This document shows positions 53,301 through 64,000 of a stretch of DNA of 64,000 nt, one piece after another (within the stretch, counting starts at the first letter, position 1; the number at the start of each line of letters is the position of its first letter). This DNA comes from Chrysomallon squamiferum (lineage: Eukaryota; Animalia; Mollusca), in NCBI GenBank assembly GCA_012295275.1, contig CM022678.1:1178001-1242000 (forward strand), given 5' to 3'. Under the pieces are notes generated by a model. The model was not told where the DNA came from and searched no databases. It was given only the letters and a program-made list of their open reading frames with translations. A program made the position numbers and the translations under genes.

Positions 53301-56300
53301 TCTAAACAAATATCTCAAACAAAAGAATGTTAAAATGGATGAAACTGATAAAATGATTGTCATTTACAATTCATGTACAGAGTTAGGATTTCCTCAGGTG
53401 TGTGTGTATTATGTTAATTCAAGTGATGCACAAAAAAGAGGAGTTGACTTTTTTGTGAAACCTGTTGAATATCTCACACAACAGCTGGAATATTTGAAAA
53501 AAAAGTCAAAACTTTACAGATCAATTACCTGGTTCTACTGTTGATCATGTTCAAACAAGGCAGTCTCAGCATTGATTCACTGGACCCTTTTGAAAATGGC
53601 CCTGACAGTGACATAATGAAATTAATAAGACAACTAGAGCAAGTCTGTTTGCGTCTAGAAAACACTGGTCTCACAGTTACAAAGAAAACAGCTGATCAAA
53701 TGTGTGGTACATATTTGAAGTGTTATGACAATAAATACACATTTATTCACCAGTCAGTGTTTGACTGTTTGTTTCTGATGTTTTCATCACAGTTTCCAAA
53801 GAAAGCAGCAGAGTTGCTAGAAGTGTGTCCTGTCTCCATGTTGTTAGAATATATTGTGACACCTGGAGTGTCTAACAAAAGTCACATTACAATGACTGTG
53901 AGACCTAACTGCTTTGATGTTCTTGCTCGCAGATTTACTGACTTGTTGGCATCAGACAATTTCATAGAAATTATTTCACATCCATCTCTGAAAGATGAAG
54001 AGTTTCTAAAATACCTCATAGAAGAAAAACAGTTTTATGGTAGGTTGTCTGAAATCTTACAGCAAAGACTATCTGGAGAACATCAAAAGCAATATTGTTA
54101 TATATCATCTGTACATGTAAACTCAACTGAAATTTCATATCTTCTTGACAATGATTCTAGGTACGGATTTCCTATCAGTCTTGATGAAAATGTAATAAAT
54201 TCAAAATCTGTTCCAAGTGAATGTATCGTGAATAGACACAGAACATTGTCAAAATATTTCACATCAAATCTGTGTCAGATGGAATTGTCAAAACTGCTTA
54301 AAATGATAATATCAAGATTTTTCACATCAAAACTGTTTGAAACGGACTTAATAGGCATGAAAAAAGAACTTTTGGATATTTCTTGTTTGTTTGGTGATGA
54401 AGATGTTGTGGGAATGTTGTTAAAATCAGGTGTTGTTCCAACATTTCATACACTGACTGCAGCTGCTTGTTCAAAAACAGACAGTGCTACCGTACTCAAA
54501 GAACTGTTACTGTATAAAAAAGAGATGAAATTGAAGAACTATTCACAACTGTTACTTGTTTCTATTTATTCAGGTAACATGAACATTGCCTGTCTGTTAG
54601 CTGACATGATAAACAATGAGAAACAGAACAGTGAAATCAAGGAAGAAGCTGTGAAACTTTTATTGGTTAGATTCCACAGACAAGTAAGACTTAAATCAAG
54701 TTACACGGCAGATGGCAAGTATTTGGAGAACTCAGAGACTTCTAAAGTTGTTGATGTATGCCGACTTTTTAAGAAACTGGTTACCATTGATATAATAAAC
54801 AAAACTAAAGACATTGCTGTCATTGCTGCTGGTCACAGTACTTCAAATGTTATAAAAGAAATAGTAAAACTGAAACCTGATTGTATAAATGATGAGAACA
54901 GAGATAAAGTACTTTTAGCAGCAGCAATGTGGGGATCTACTGACACAGTGAATTTTCTCATTGAGCAGCAATATAATGATACAGACGAGGACAACTGGAA
55001 GAAAGGTGAAGTACTGAAAGTAGCAGTGATGTTTAACAGTGCAGATGTTGTTCAGTGTCTACTTGATAAAGGAGCTGATCCTAATGTGGATGTAGCTGTT
55101 AACAAGAATTTTGTTCAGTTGTTTAAAGAGAAAACTGAAGTGGAAATGTTGACTTCAGACTCACCTCTCCATATTTCAGTTCTGCTTGGTGACTTAAATA
55201 TGATAAGATCACTGATAAAGAGAAAAGCTGATGTTAATGCAGTAAACAGTGAGGGAGAAACTCCACTTCATGAAACTGTAAAAGCAGTGTCACACAAAAA
55301 GGAAGTAGCTTTGTTGTTACTAGAAAATGATGCAGATATTAACATAAAAGATACACGAAAAAATACAGCATTGCACATAGCATCTCAAATTGACATAAAT
55401 GTGATGAAAAACATAGTAAAGAAAGGCGTTGAAATAAATGTAACAAACACTGCAGGTGAAACTCCTCTTTTTATATCCTTAAACACCAACAGACGACAAA
55501 TAGCTTTGTACTTACTCAAACAAGGAGCTGATCCTAATATAACAGACACTCATAACAATTCTGTTTTACATTTAGCAGCTAAATATGGAAATATAGAAAT
55601 TGTGACCGCACTGATTGAAAAAGGTGCTGATGTAAATATTAGAAACTGTAGAGATGAAACTCCTCTTTTTACAGCTCATCAGTATGGAAAGAACCAAGTA
55701 GTTTTGTATTTACTGGAACATGGAGCTGATCCTACTTTAACAGATAGTGATAACAATTCTGTTTTACACCTAGCAGTTCAATTTGGAAATATAGAGATTG
55801 TGACAGCACTGATTGAGAAAGGTTGTGATGTAAATATTAAAAACAGCCACGGTCAAACTCCTCTTTTTGCAGCTCTTCATTTCTGTCTGCATGATCCACC
55901 TCTGAATATTGAAAAATATAAAGTATTTTTCTGTTTACTGCAAAATGGAGCTGATCCTAATTTAATAGACAATGATAAGAATTCTGTTTTACACCTAGCA
56001 GCTGAATTTGGATATAGAGAAATTGTATCAGTACTGATTGAAAAAGGTGTTGATATATATATTAGAAACAGTCGAGGTGAAACACCTCTTTTTACTGCTG
56101 TTAAGTGTCAACAGAACAAAGTAGTTTTGTATTTATTGGAATATGGAGCTGATCCTAATATAACAGACAATGATAACAATTCTGTTTTACATTTAGCAGC
56201 TAAATATGGAAATATAGAGATTGTGACAGCACTGACTGAGAAAGGTTGTGATGTAAATATTAGAAACAGCCAAGGTCAAACTCCTCTTTTTGCAGCTCTT

Positions 56301-58954
56301 CATTTCTGTCTGCGTGATCCACCTCTGAATATTGAAAAATATAAAGTATTTTTCTGTTTACTGGAACATGGAGCTGATCCTACTTTAACAGACAATGATA
56401 TCAATTCTGTTTTACATTTAGCAGCTAAATATGGAAATATAGAAATTGTGACAGCACTGATTGAAAAAGGTGCTGATGTAAATATTAGAAACTGTAGAGG
56501 TGAAACTCCTCTTTTTACTGCTGTTAAGTGTGAACAGAACAAAGTTTTGTATTTACTGGAACATGGAGCTGATCCTACTTTAACAGACAATGATAACAAT
56601 TCTGTTTTACACCTAGCAGCTGAATTTGGATATAGAGAAATTGTATCAGTACTGATTGAAAAAGGTGTAGATGTAAATATTAGAAACTGTAGAGATGAAA
56701 CTCCTCTTTTTACAGCTGGAAAGAACCAAGTAGTTTTGTATTTACTGGAACATGGAGCTGATCCTACTTTAACAGATAGTGATAACAATTCTGTTTTACA
56801 CCTAGCAGCTAAACAAGGATCTTTTGGAATTGTGACCGCACTGATTGAAAAAGGTGTTGGTATAAATATTAAGAACAACAGAGGTGAAACACCTCTTTTT
56901 ACTGCTGTTAAGTGTCAACAGAACAAAGTAGCTTCGTATTTACTGGAACATGGAGCCGATCCTACTTTAACAGACAATGATAACAATTCTGTTTTACACC
57001 TAGCAGCTGAATTTGGATATAGAGAAATTGTATCAGTACTGATTGAAAAAGGTGTAGATGTAAATATTAGAAACTGTAGAGGTGAAACTCCTCTTTTTAC
57101 AGCTCATCAGTATGGAAAGAACCAAGTAGTTTTGTATTTACTGGAAAATGGAGCTGATCCTACTTTAACAGACAATGATAACAATTCTGTTTTACATTTA
57201 GCAGCTAAATATGGAAATATAGAAATTGTGACCGCACTGGTTGAAAAAGGTGCTGATGTAAATATTAGAAACTGTAGAGGTGAAACTCCTCTTTTTACTG
57301 CTGTTAAGTGTGAACAGAACAAAGTAGTTTTGTATTTACTGAAACATAGAGCTGATCCTACTTTAACAGACAATGATAACAATTCTGTTTTACATTTAGC
57401 AGCTGAATTTGGATATAGAGAAATTGTATCAGTACTGATTGAAAAAGGTGTAGATGTAAATATTAGAAACTGTAGAGATGAAACTCCTCTTTTTACTGCT
57501 GTTAATTGTGAACAGAACAAAGTAGTTTTGTATTTACTGGAACATAGAGCTGATCCTACTTTAACAGACAATGATAACAATTCTGTTTTACATTTAGCAG
57601 CTGAATTTGGATATAGAGAAATTGTATCAGTACTGATTGAAAAAGCTGTAGATGTAAGTATTAGAAACTGTAGAGATGAAACTCCTCTTTTTACAGCTCA
57701 TCAGTATGGAAAGAACCAAGTAGTTTTGTATTTACTGGAACATGGAGCTGATCCTACTTTAACAGACAATGATAACAATTCTGTTTTACATTTAGCAGCT
57801 AAATATGGAAATAGAGAAATTGTGACAGCACTGATTGAGAAAGGTTTTTATATAAATATTAGAAACAGCCAAGGTCAAACTCCTCTTTCTGCAGCTCTTC
57901 ATTTCTGTCTGCGTGATCCACCTCTGAATATTGAAAAATATAAAGTATTTTTCTGTTTACTGGAAAATGGAGCTGATCCTGCTTTAACAGACATTGATAA
58001 CAATTCTGTTTTACAGTTAGCAGCTAAATATGGAAATATAGAAATTGTGATAGCACTGATTGAAAAAGGTGTAGATGTAAATATTAGAAACTGTAGAGGT
58101 GAAACTCCTCTTTTTACTGCTGTTAAGTGTGAACAGAACAAAGTAGTTTTGTACTTACTAGAACATAGAGCTGATCCTACGTTAACAGACAATGATAACA
58201 ATTCTGTTTTACACCTGGCAGCTGCATTTGGAAATATAGAAATTGTGACAGCACTGATTGAAAAAGGTGTAGATGTAAGTATTAGAAACTGTAGAGGTGA
58301 AACTCCTCTTTTTACAGCTCATCAGTATGGATTTAACCAAGTAGTTTTGTATTTACTGGAACATGGAGCCGATCCTACTTTAACAGACAATGATAACAAT
58401 TCTGTTTTACACCTAGCAGCTGAATTTGGATATAGAGAAATTGTATCAGTACTGATTGAAAAAGGTGTAGATGTAAATATTAGAAACTGTAGAGGTGAAA
58501 CTCCTCTTTTTACAGTTCATCAGTATGGATTTAACCAAGTAGTTTTGTATTTACTGGAACATGGAGCTGATCCTACTTTAACAGACAATGATAACAATTC
58601 TGTTTTACACCTGGCAGCTGCATTTGGAAATATAGAAATTGTGACAGCACTGATTGAAAAAGGTGTAGATGTAAATATTAGAAACTGTAGAGGTGAAACT
58701 CCTCTGTTTACAGCTCATCAGTATGGAAAGAACCAAGTAGTTTTGTATTTACTGGAACATGGAGCCGATCCTACTTTAACAGACAATGATAACAATTCTG
58801 TTTTACATTTAGCAGCTAAATATGGAAATATAGAAATTGTGACCGCACTGGTTGAAAAAGGTGCTGATGTAAATATTAGAAACTGTAGAGGTGAAACTCC
58901 TCTTCTTACTGCTGTTAAGTGTGAACAGAACCAAGTAGTTTTGTATTTACTGGA
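48226..58954 (+). CDS. NLR-like protein: Ser/Thr-rich N-terminus, RHIM-like motif, nSTAND3-type P-loop NTPase, helical region, long ankyrin array; exons 48226-48491, 49045-49131, 52802 to beyond 58954 (frameshift at 53497-53504; 3' end in gap)
   Basis: Three GT-AG exons join in frame through two phase-1 introns. Walker A GCPGSGKT, Walker B VVLIDDIFG, YVET and IITLR motifs, GFPQVC, FIHQSVFD; 17 pairs of near-identical ANK repeats. Confidence 0.85.
49045..49131 (+). CDS. NLR-like gene exon encoding a RHIM-like motif
   Basis: tttcacag| ... A|gtaagt; 87 bp, phase 1-1; DIPIKQLEQMLANMPCCGNFQVGDNNTII; compare human RIPK3 RHIM NCSGVQVGDNNYL. Confidence 0.75.
52802..53544 (+). CDS. STAND (nSTAND3-type) NTPase domain, 5' part of the large exon
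   Basis: gatacag| at 52801 (phase 1); VYVETRA...VVIVIGCPGSGKTTLA...VVLIDDIFG...CIITLR...GFPQVC. Confidence 0.88.
53505..58954 (+). CDS. Winged-helix/helical region and ankyrin-repeat domain (-1 frame continuation of the large exon)
   Basis: Uninterrupted frame of more than 5.4 kb: YLVLLLIMF..G, FIHQSVFD, then diverged ANK repeats from approx. 54350 and highly similar ones from approx. 55500. Confidence 0.92.
55500..58954 (+). repeat. Coding tandem repeat with a unit of about 198 bp (two ankyrin repeats), 17 copies visible
   Basis: aattctgttttaca..tagcagct... and gaaactcctctttttac.gct... recur every ~198 bp at very high nucleotide identity. Confidence 0.95.
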
Positions 58955-59154
58955 NNNNNNNNNNNNNNNNNNNNNNNNNNNNNNNNNNNNNNNNNNNNNN
59001 NNNNNNNNNNNNNNNNNNNNNNNNNNNNNNNNNNNNNNNNNNNNNNNNNNNNNNNNNNNNNNNNNNNNNNNNNNNNNNNNNNNNNNNNNNNNNNNNNNNN
59101 NNNNNNNNNNNNNNNNNNNNNNNNNNNNNNNNNNNNNNNNNNNNNNNNNNNNNN
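58955..59154. other. Assembly gap (200 N)
   Basis: Run of N that interrupts the ankyrin array. Confidence 0.99.
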
Positions 59155-60879
59155 CATCGTACATTCCGAGCGTTCTGTATGACAACATAAACATAATCAC
59201 TTTATCGTGTTTGTATCGTGTCCTATTCATAATTCGAACACAACTTCTGCTTTGTTACTCCCGGCTTACCGTGAATACTTCTGACGTGTTTGTGTATTCC
59301 CTAGCGCCCTCTAGTAACCAGTGCCGTCAAATTGTTACGCTCTCTTATGTTTGAAGTATGGCACTGTGTTGACAGTCTATTGCTTTTCACGGTAGACTTA
59401 TTCAGTTAGGGTCGACCACAAGTCAAGATCGAATTCATATAATTTAGCACAATAAATACGTATTATTTGCTCATTAAAACGGCATAGAGAAAAAAAAAAA
59501 AAAAAAAAAAAAAAAAATTACCATAGAATATATATGAGCTTAATCCTGTATGATCAAATTTTGTGACTGTTAATGCATTTTATGGTGAATTTTCTGTTTC
59601 ATTGTGATTATTATTATTGTTTTCTTTTATCAGTATAAAGACGACAGATGCATCACTTCAGTATCACATGTTTCAGTTTCACGTGCAAATTATTTCCGTT
59701 CTATCTTTGTAATCATTTAGTTTCACATTTACAGTTGTATTATATATGTTTCGTTTTGAGAACACGATTTATATTCTTATAATTAAATTTACCGTTTATA
59801 CTTTTACGACTGCTACTACCACTACTATTACAATGATAATAACTGCTACTATTTCTGTTATAATAAAAATAACTGATACTATTTCTATTGTTAGTACTAT
59901 TGCTACTTACACTTTAACAATTACAACCATCTCAGTTACTGCTACTTCCACTACCACCACTACTACTACTACTTCAAGATTCACCTCCTTATATAACTTC
60001 TGCGATTACTACAGCTACTACTACTACTACTGCTACTGCCATAGCTACTGCTTCTTCTACTAATATTACTACTACTGCTACTACTACTACTACTACTACT
60101 TGTGGTATTTCAACATGTAATTTTACTGCTTTTTACGACCATAATTTTCTTTTTTTATTTCTTGAAAAAAAAAAAATGTGTCTTAAACCGGAGAGACTGA
60201 GAGTAAATGCAAATAATGTTGAAAACAAATCAAACGTTTTTCTTTTACTGTTGACGATTCTTATTCTCCTTCTTGTGTCTGTTATCATTAAAACACACAG
60301 TGTCGCCCGTAAATTGTTTTATTTTATTATATTACTGTACCCGTGTGTTAGTGTGTGTGTGTGTTAGTGTGTGTGTGTGTGTGAGTGAGAGAGAGTGAGT
60401 GGATATGCATATGTGTGTGGGTATCTGTATGGTAGTGTGAGTGTATATGAGTGTCTGTGAAAATGTGTGGATGTGGCGCAGTGTGCGTATGTGTGTGTGT
60501 TTGTGTGTATGTATGTGTGTAAGTGTTTGTGTATGTGTCTATGTGTGTATATTCTTATTAAATGTGTAATCTAATAAACATAAAATAAAATGATTATGAT
60601 GACGATGACGATAAAAACAAATTAATATGCAGAGAAAGAAAGAAATTAAATTAAATTAAATTAAATTAATAAATTAAAATTAAAGTCAAATAAAATAATA
60701 ACCACAACTGTTAGATCAAATAATGCAAACAAAATCCAGCAGAATCGAGGCAAGGCAAAACACAGAAACATCGAAGGGAAAAATAGAGTTTTGTGTAGAC
60801 AATCTAAGTTACAAAGTCAACTTGTATAGTCTACACGGTTTTCTAAAGAGTCACAGTTCGCTAACCGCATTCAGTGTGT

Positions 60880-61027
60880 TAGCGCTTGGCAGTCTTCAGT
60901 CGAGTACCAACACTCGCTATAGACTTCTGAGCACCGCGGGACGTGTTTTCGTGGTGTCGAGTTTTATCGGTTTTGTGTGTGCGTAGTTCATTTCTGCCAG
61001 GTTATTTGCTACTTGTTTCTGATTAAG
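60880..61027 (+). other. Possible non-coding first exon of a downstream gene
   Basis: CpG-rich patch ending at a strong donor AAG|gtgagc; no coding signal. Confidence 0.3.
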
Positions 61028-61145
61028 GTGAGCAGATTTTCTTTTATTTTCTTTTTATTTGTTTTTAATCATTTGTGAAATGTTGAACGAATAATAGCAA
61101 TGTGTTCTTTTCTTTTTTTTTTTTTTTTTTGACATTTATAATCGT

Positions 61146-61176
<31 letters not shown>

Positions 61177-62051
61177 TTGGAGTCAAGATTTGTTCAGCTG
61201 CTAAAATAAAGGTGAAATAAAGAAATCCGAGGGGAAAAATTGGTAATGAATGCATCTCTAACTTTTTTTCCTGGCAAATGTTCAACAGTTCTTCATTTAC
61301 TCCGATTATTTAAGCAGAAGAGAAAGTTCTCGTGTTCATACTTTTGTGTGTTGTCCGTACGTTGGAGTTTCCAGTTAAAATCATTTATAAATACATATAA
61401 AAAAAAAAAAAAAAAATAGCAGCCAAATTAATTAATTAATTCTAAAACTATTACTACAACTACTGCTATTACTGCTACCACTACTAATACAACTAATACT
61501 GCCATTCTGCTACTAATAATAATCTATCGAATACACACATATGATTTTTCTCTTTTGTGTCAATTGTGAAATCGATCTTTAACGATAAAATGTGAATTGA
61601 CTTTCGATACCGATATTATCGCGATTATCGTTCATCGCTTCATTGGGACGAAATCGATATTGTTTTTTTTTTTTTTCCACGCGATGGTTGAGCAATACGA
61701 TACGATTACATCTGAATGCATAGTTTTAGTGTCACTTTGAGGCATTTAAATATACATGTAATACATAATATAATATATGTAATATATAATATAATATATG
61801 TAATGCATAATATAATACATCTAATACATAATACAATCATGACTGTTCGAGAGTAAAGCCTTTACGTGCCGACACAGAGGTCGAGTTATGAATATTTATG
61901 AGCGAGATTACTCCACCCACACGACCCACATGACCCAGTGACTGGAGAGTATCGTAACAGAGAGAAGTGGTTGTACGGGTCGAGACACTGAGTTCAACTT
62001 GCAGCAATTGTTCGTTCATCGTTATACTTCTTGAGGATTGTCCTGCGAGAT

Positions 62052-62065
62052 TGAGAGAGCGAGAG

Positions 62066-62156
<91 letters not shown>
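62052..62156. repeat. (GA)n microsatellite
   Basis: Seen directly. Confidence 0.97.
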
Positions 62157-62158
<2 letters not shown>

Positions 62159-63018
62159 CATTAACACAGACAGAGAAGTATATAAATTGGACGGCGCGCT
62201 GTTTTAGTCATCTGACTTCGTTATTTACCTCTAGTTCAAACAAGATGGTATAAAAATGTACAATTTGATCTTTTCATTATCACGGACTATCGGACGGTTG
62301 GCTACGATTTCGTCCGAGGAACCAATACAGTCGCAGAGTGTGTCCCCGCCTTTAGGCCTATTCCGTGACGCGTCGATTTTTTCCTACTGGGAACAAGATC
62401 CTTTCACTCTCAAACGAAACACTGCGGTCAGAAGTTGCGTATCTGAACTATTCCGGCATCTAACATAGAGTTTCGCAAAAGTCAACATTTAGAGTGTTGT
62501 TCTTTCAAAATACATTTCTGTGTTGTTAGGGTGTTCTATTGACTAATTTATTGTTTTATTTATTATTTATTTACCTGTACAGTGACAAATACGAGGAAAA
62601 AAAGAGACCAGTAATTAATAACCCTTCGTTACCTAGCAACCAGTCTAGTCGCCTGCACTGCGCACGTGCACCATGCAGTTGTTCAAACGTTTACATAATT
62701 TATATCAAATACTTTAACTTCAAACGAAGCGCCTCCTACTGTAAATTATGAACGATAACTGACGAATGGCATTTGACCTCGGGGTCACGGTGACTTTGAC
62801 AAATGTCCGTATTGTGTCGAAACTTCCCGAGTTTCCTTACTCTCTCTTCGTCAGTTGCCGAGCACGCTACGTACAGTCTGATAGGGTAATTTGCTGTACT
62901 TGATATTAATCTGTCGTAAAAAGAATCGGGGGACGACCTAAACAGCGTGTCGTTCAGCCATCAAATTCAGTAAGATATTTAAACTGAAACTAGCAGCACT
63001 ATTCTTTGTCTGTATGTA

Positions 63019-63051
<33 letters not shown>

Positions 63052-63155
63052 TTAACTTATTATTATTATTTTATTCTTATTAATATTACATTCACAATGA
63101 AGGTGATTTTGAGTGTGCGTAAGCGTACGTGTACATTTATGAACTATTTCATATT

Positions 63156-63203
<48 letters not shown>

Positions 63204-63319
63204 TGTATGTATGTATAAATGTATTAAAATAGTATGTAGGTATCAGACGTTTTATGACTAACAGAAGCATTTCAAAGATAACAGTGTTAATATATTTACG
63301 CAAACACATAGACATGCGT

Positions 63320-63320
<1 letters not shown>

Positions 63321-63385
<65 letters not shown>
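63321..63385. repeat. (CT)n microsatellite
   Basis: Seen directly. Confidence 0.97.
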
Positions 63386-63389
<4 letters not shown>

Positions 63390-64000
63390 GTTTATTTGTG
63401 TTATGTAATTCTGTTCACTCGCAGTTTAATGTAGGTAAAACTATTGTTATTCAAGTCTGGTACGACCAGTTTTTTAATTAATCCTTTGGAAGCTGCAGTC
63501 TTGACACAAAATAAACTTTAATGTTGTTTTTCTTGTCAGTGCGCATGCCCAGCAAACGACACTTCTAGAAGATGAATCTGACGAGTGTTTTCGATGGAAT
63601 GTACGTATGCATAAATTACCATTTTAATTTATACTAATATATATATAACGGTTACGGTTACATCTTCATTTCCAAAGCTCATTTATTAAATTTCAGTTTT
63701 TCTGTCTGCTGCACGTCTTTAGAATTCTTCTAACTGAAAACAGAATATTACAACGTAACTTTTTTTTTTTTTTTTTTTTTTTTAATGTTTTTAGTAATTC
63801 AAACAGTGTTTCATTTCGTCTGCTATATGAAATTGGTGTTGTTGTTGCTGTTGTTGTCGTTTTCCTTGCCGAAGTAATGTCGTTCTCGTTCTTCATCGTA
63901 GAGGTAACGATCATTTTGAGTGATGTAAGGAATGTGTTAATGGATAAACGTTCACACCATGCGTTTGTCTGTATGTACAAATGTGTGTTTGTTCATGTGT

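Noticed and set aside
52802-58954. Bacterial contamination or recent horizontal transfer of the STAND-ANK gene
   Set aside because: It has spliceosomal introns in frame with upstream exons and host-like composition and flanks.
56300-59230. Minus-strand ORFs over the ankyrin array
   Set aside because: Antisense shadows of the repetitive coding strand.
59155-59354. C-terminal tail of the 1937-aa ORF (SYIPSVLY...)
   Set aside because: It is joined only by reading through 200 N of arbitrary length and has no ankyrin character.
61550-61720. CGAT-rich patch as a hAT-like transposon end
   Set aside because: No terminal inverted repeat or TSD could be identified.

Overview
AT-rich, microsatellite-rich animal genomic DNA with spliceosomal introns; a mollusc-like invertebrate is inferred from the gene and repeat families. 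In order along the window: an isolated EXOSC6/MTR3 exon (425-599); a 7-exon MyD88-like TIR adaptor (5325-9409) with no death-domain exon visible and one GC-AG intron; a convergent, partly degenerate secreted Cys-rich gene (- strand, 11561-13561); a LINE endonuclease remnant; two Sola2-like DNA transposon derivatives; a diverged local segmental duplication carrying two copies of a YY1-motif putative promoter; an old Gmr1-like LTR retrotransposon (42030-47633, TSD ATATC, integrase before RT); and a large NLR-like gene. Main finding: hand-splicing an 87-bp exon missed by the ORF track (49045-49131) gives this gene the architecture Ser/Thr-rich N-terminus, RHIM-like amyloid motif (CGNFQVGDNNTII), nSTAND3-type NTPase, then at least 34 near-identical, combinatorially shuffled ankyrin repeats running into an assembly gap. 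This resembles the amyloid-signalling NLRs of fungi and bacteria. All splicing and domain calls were made by eye and need RNA-seq and HMM confirmation.
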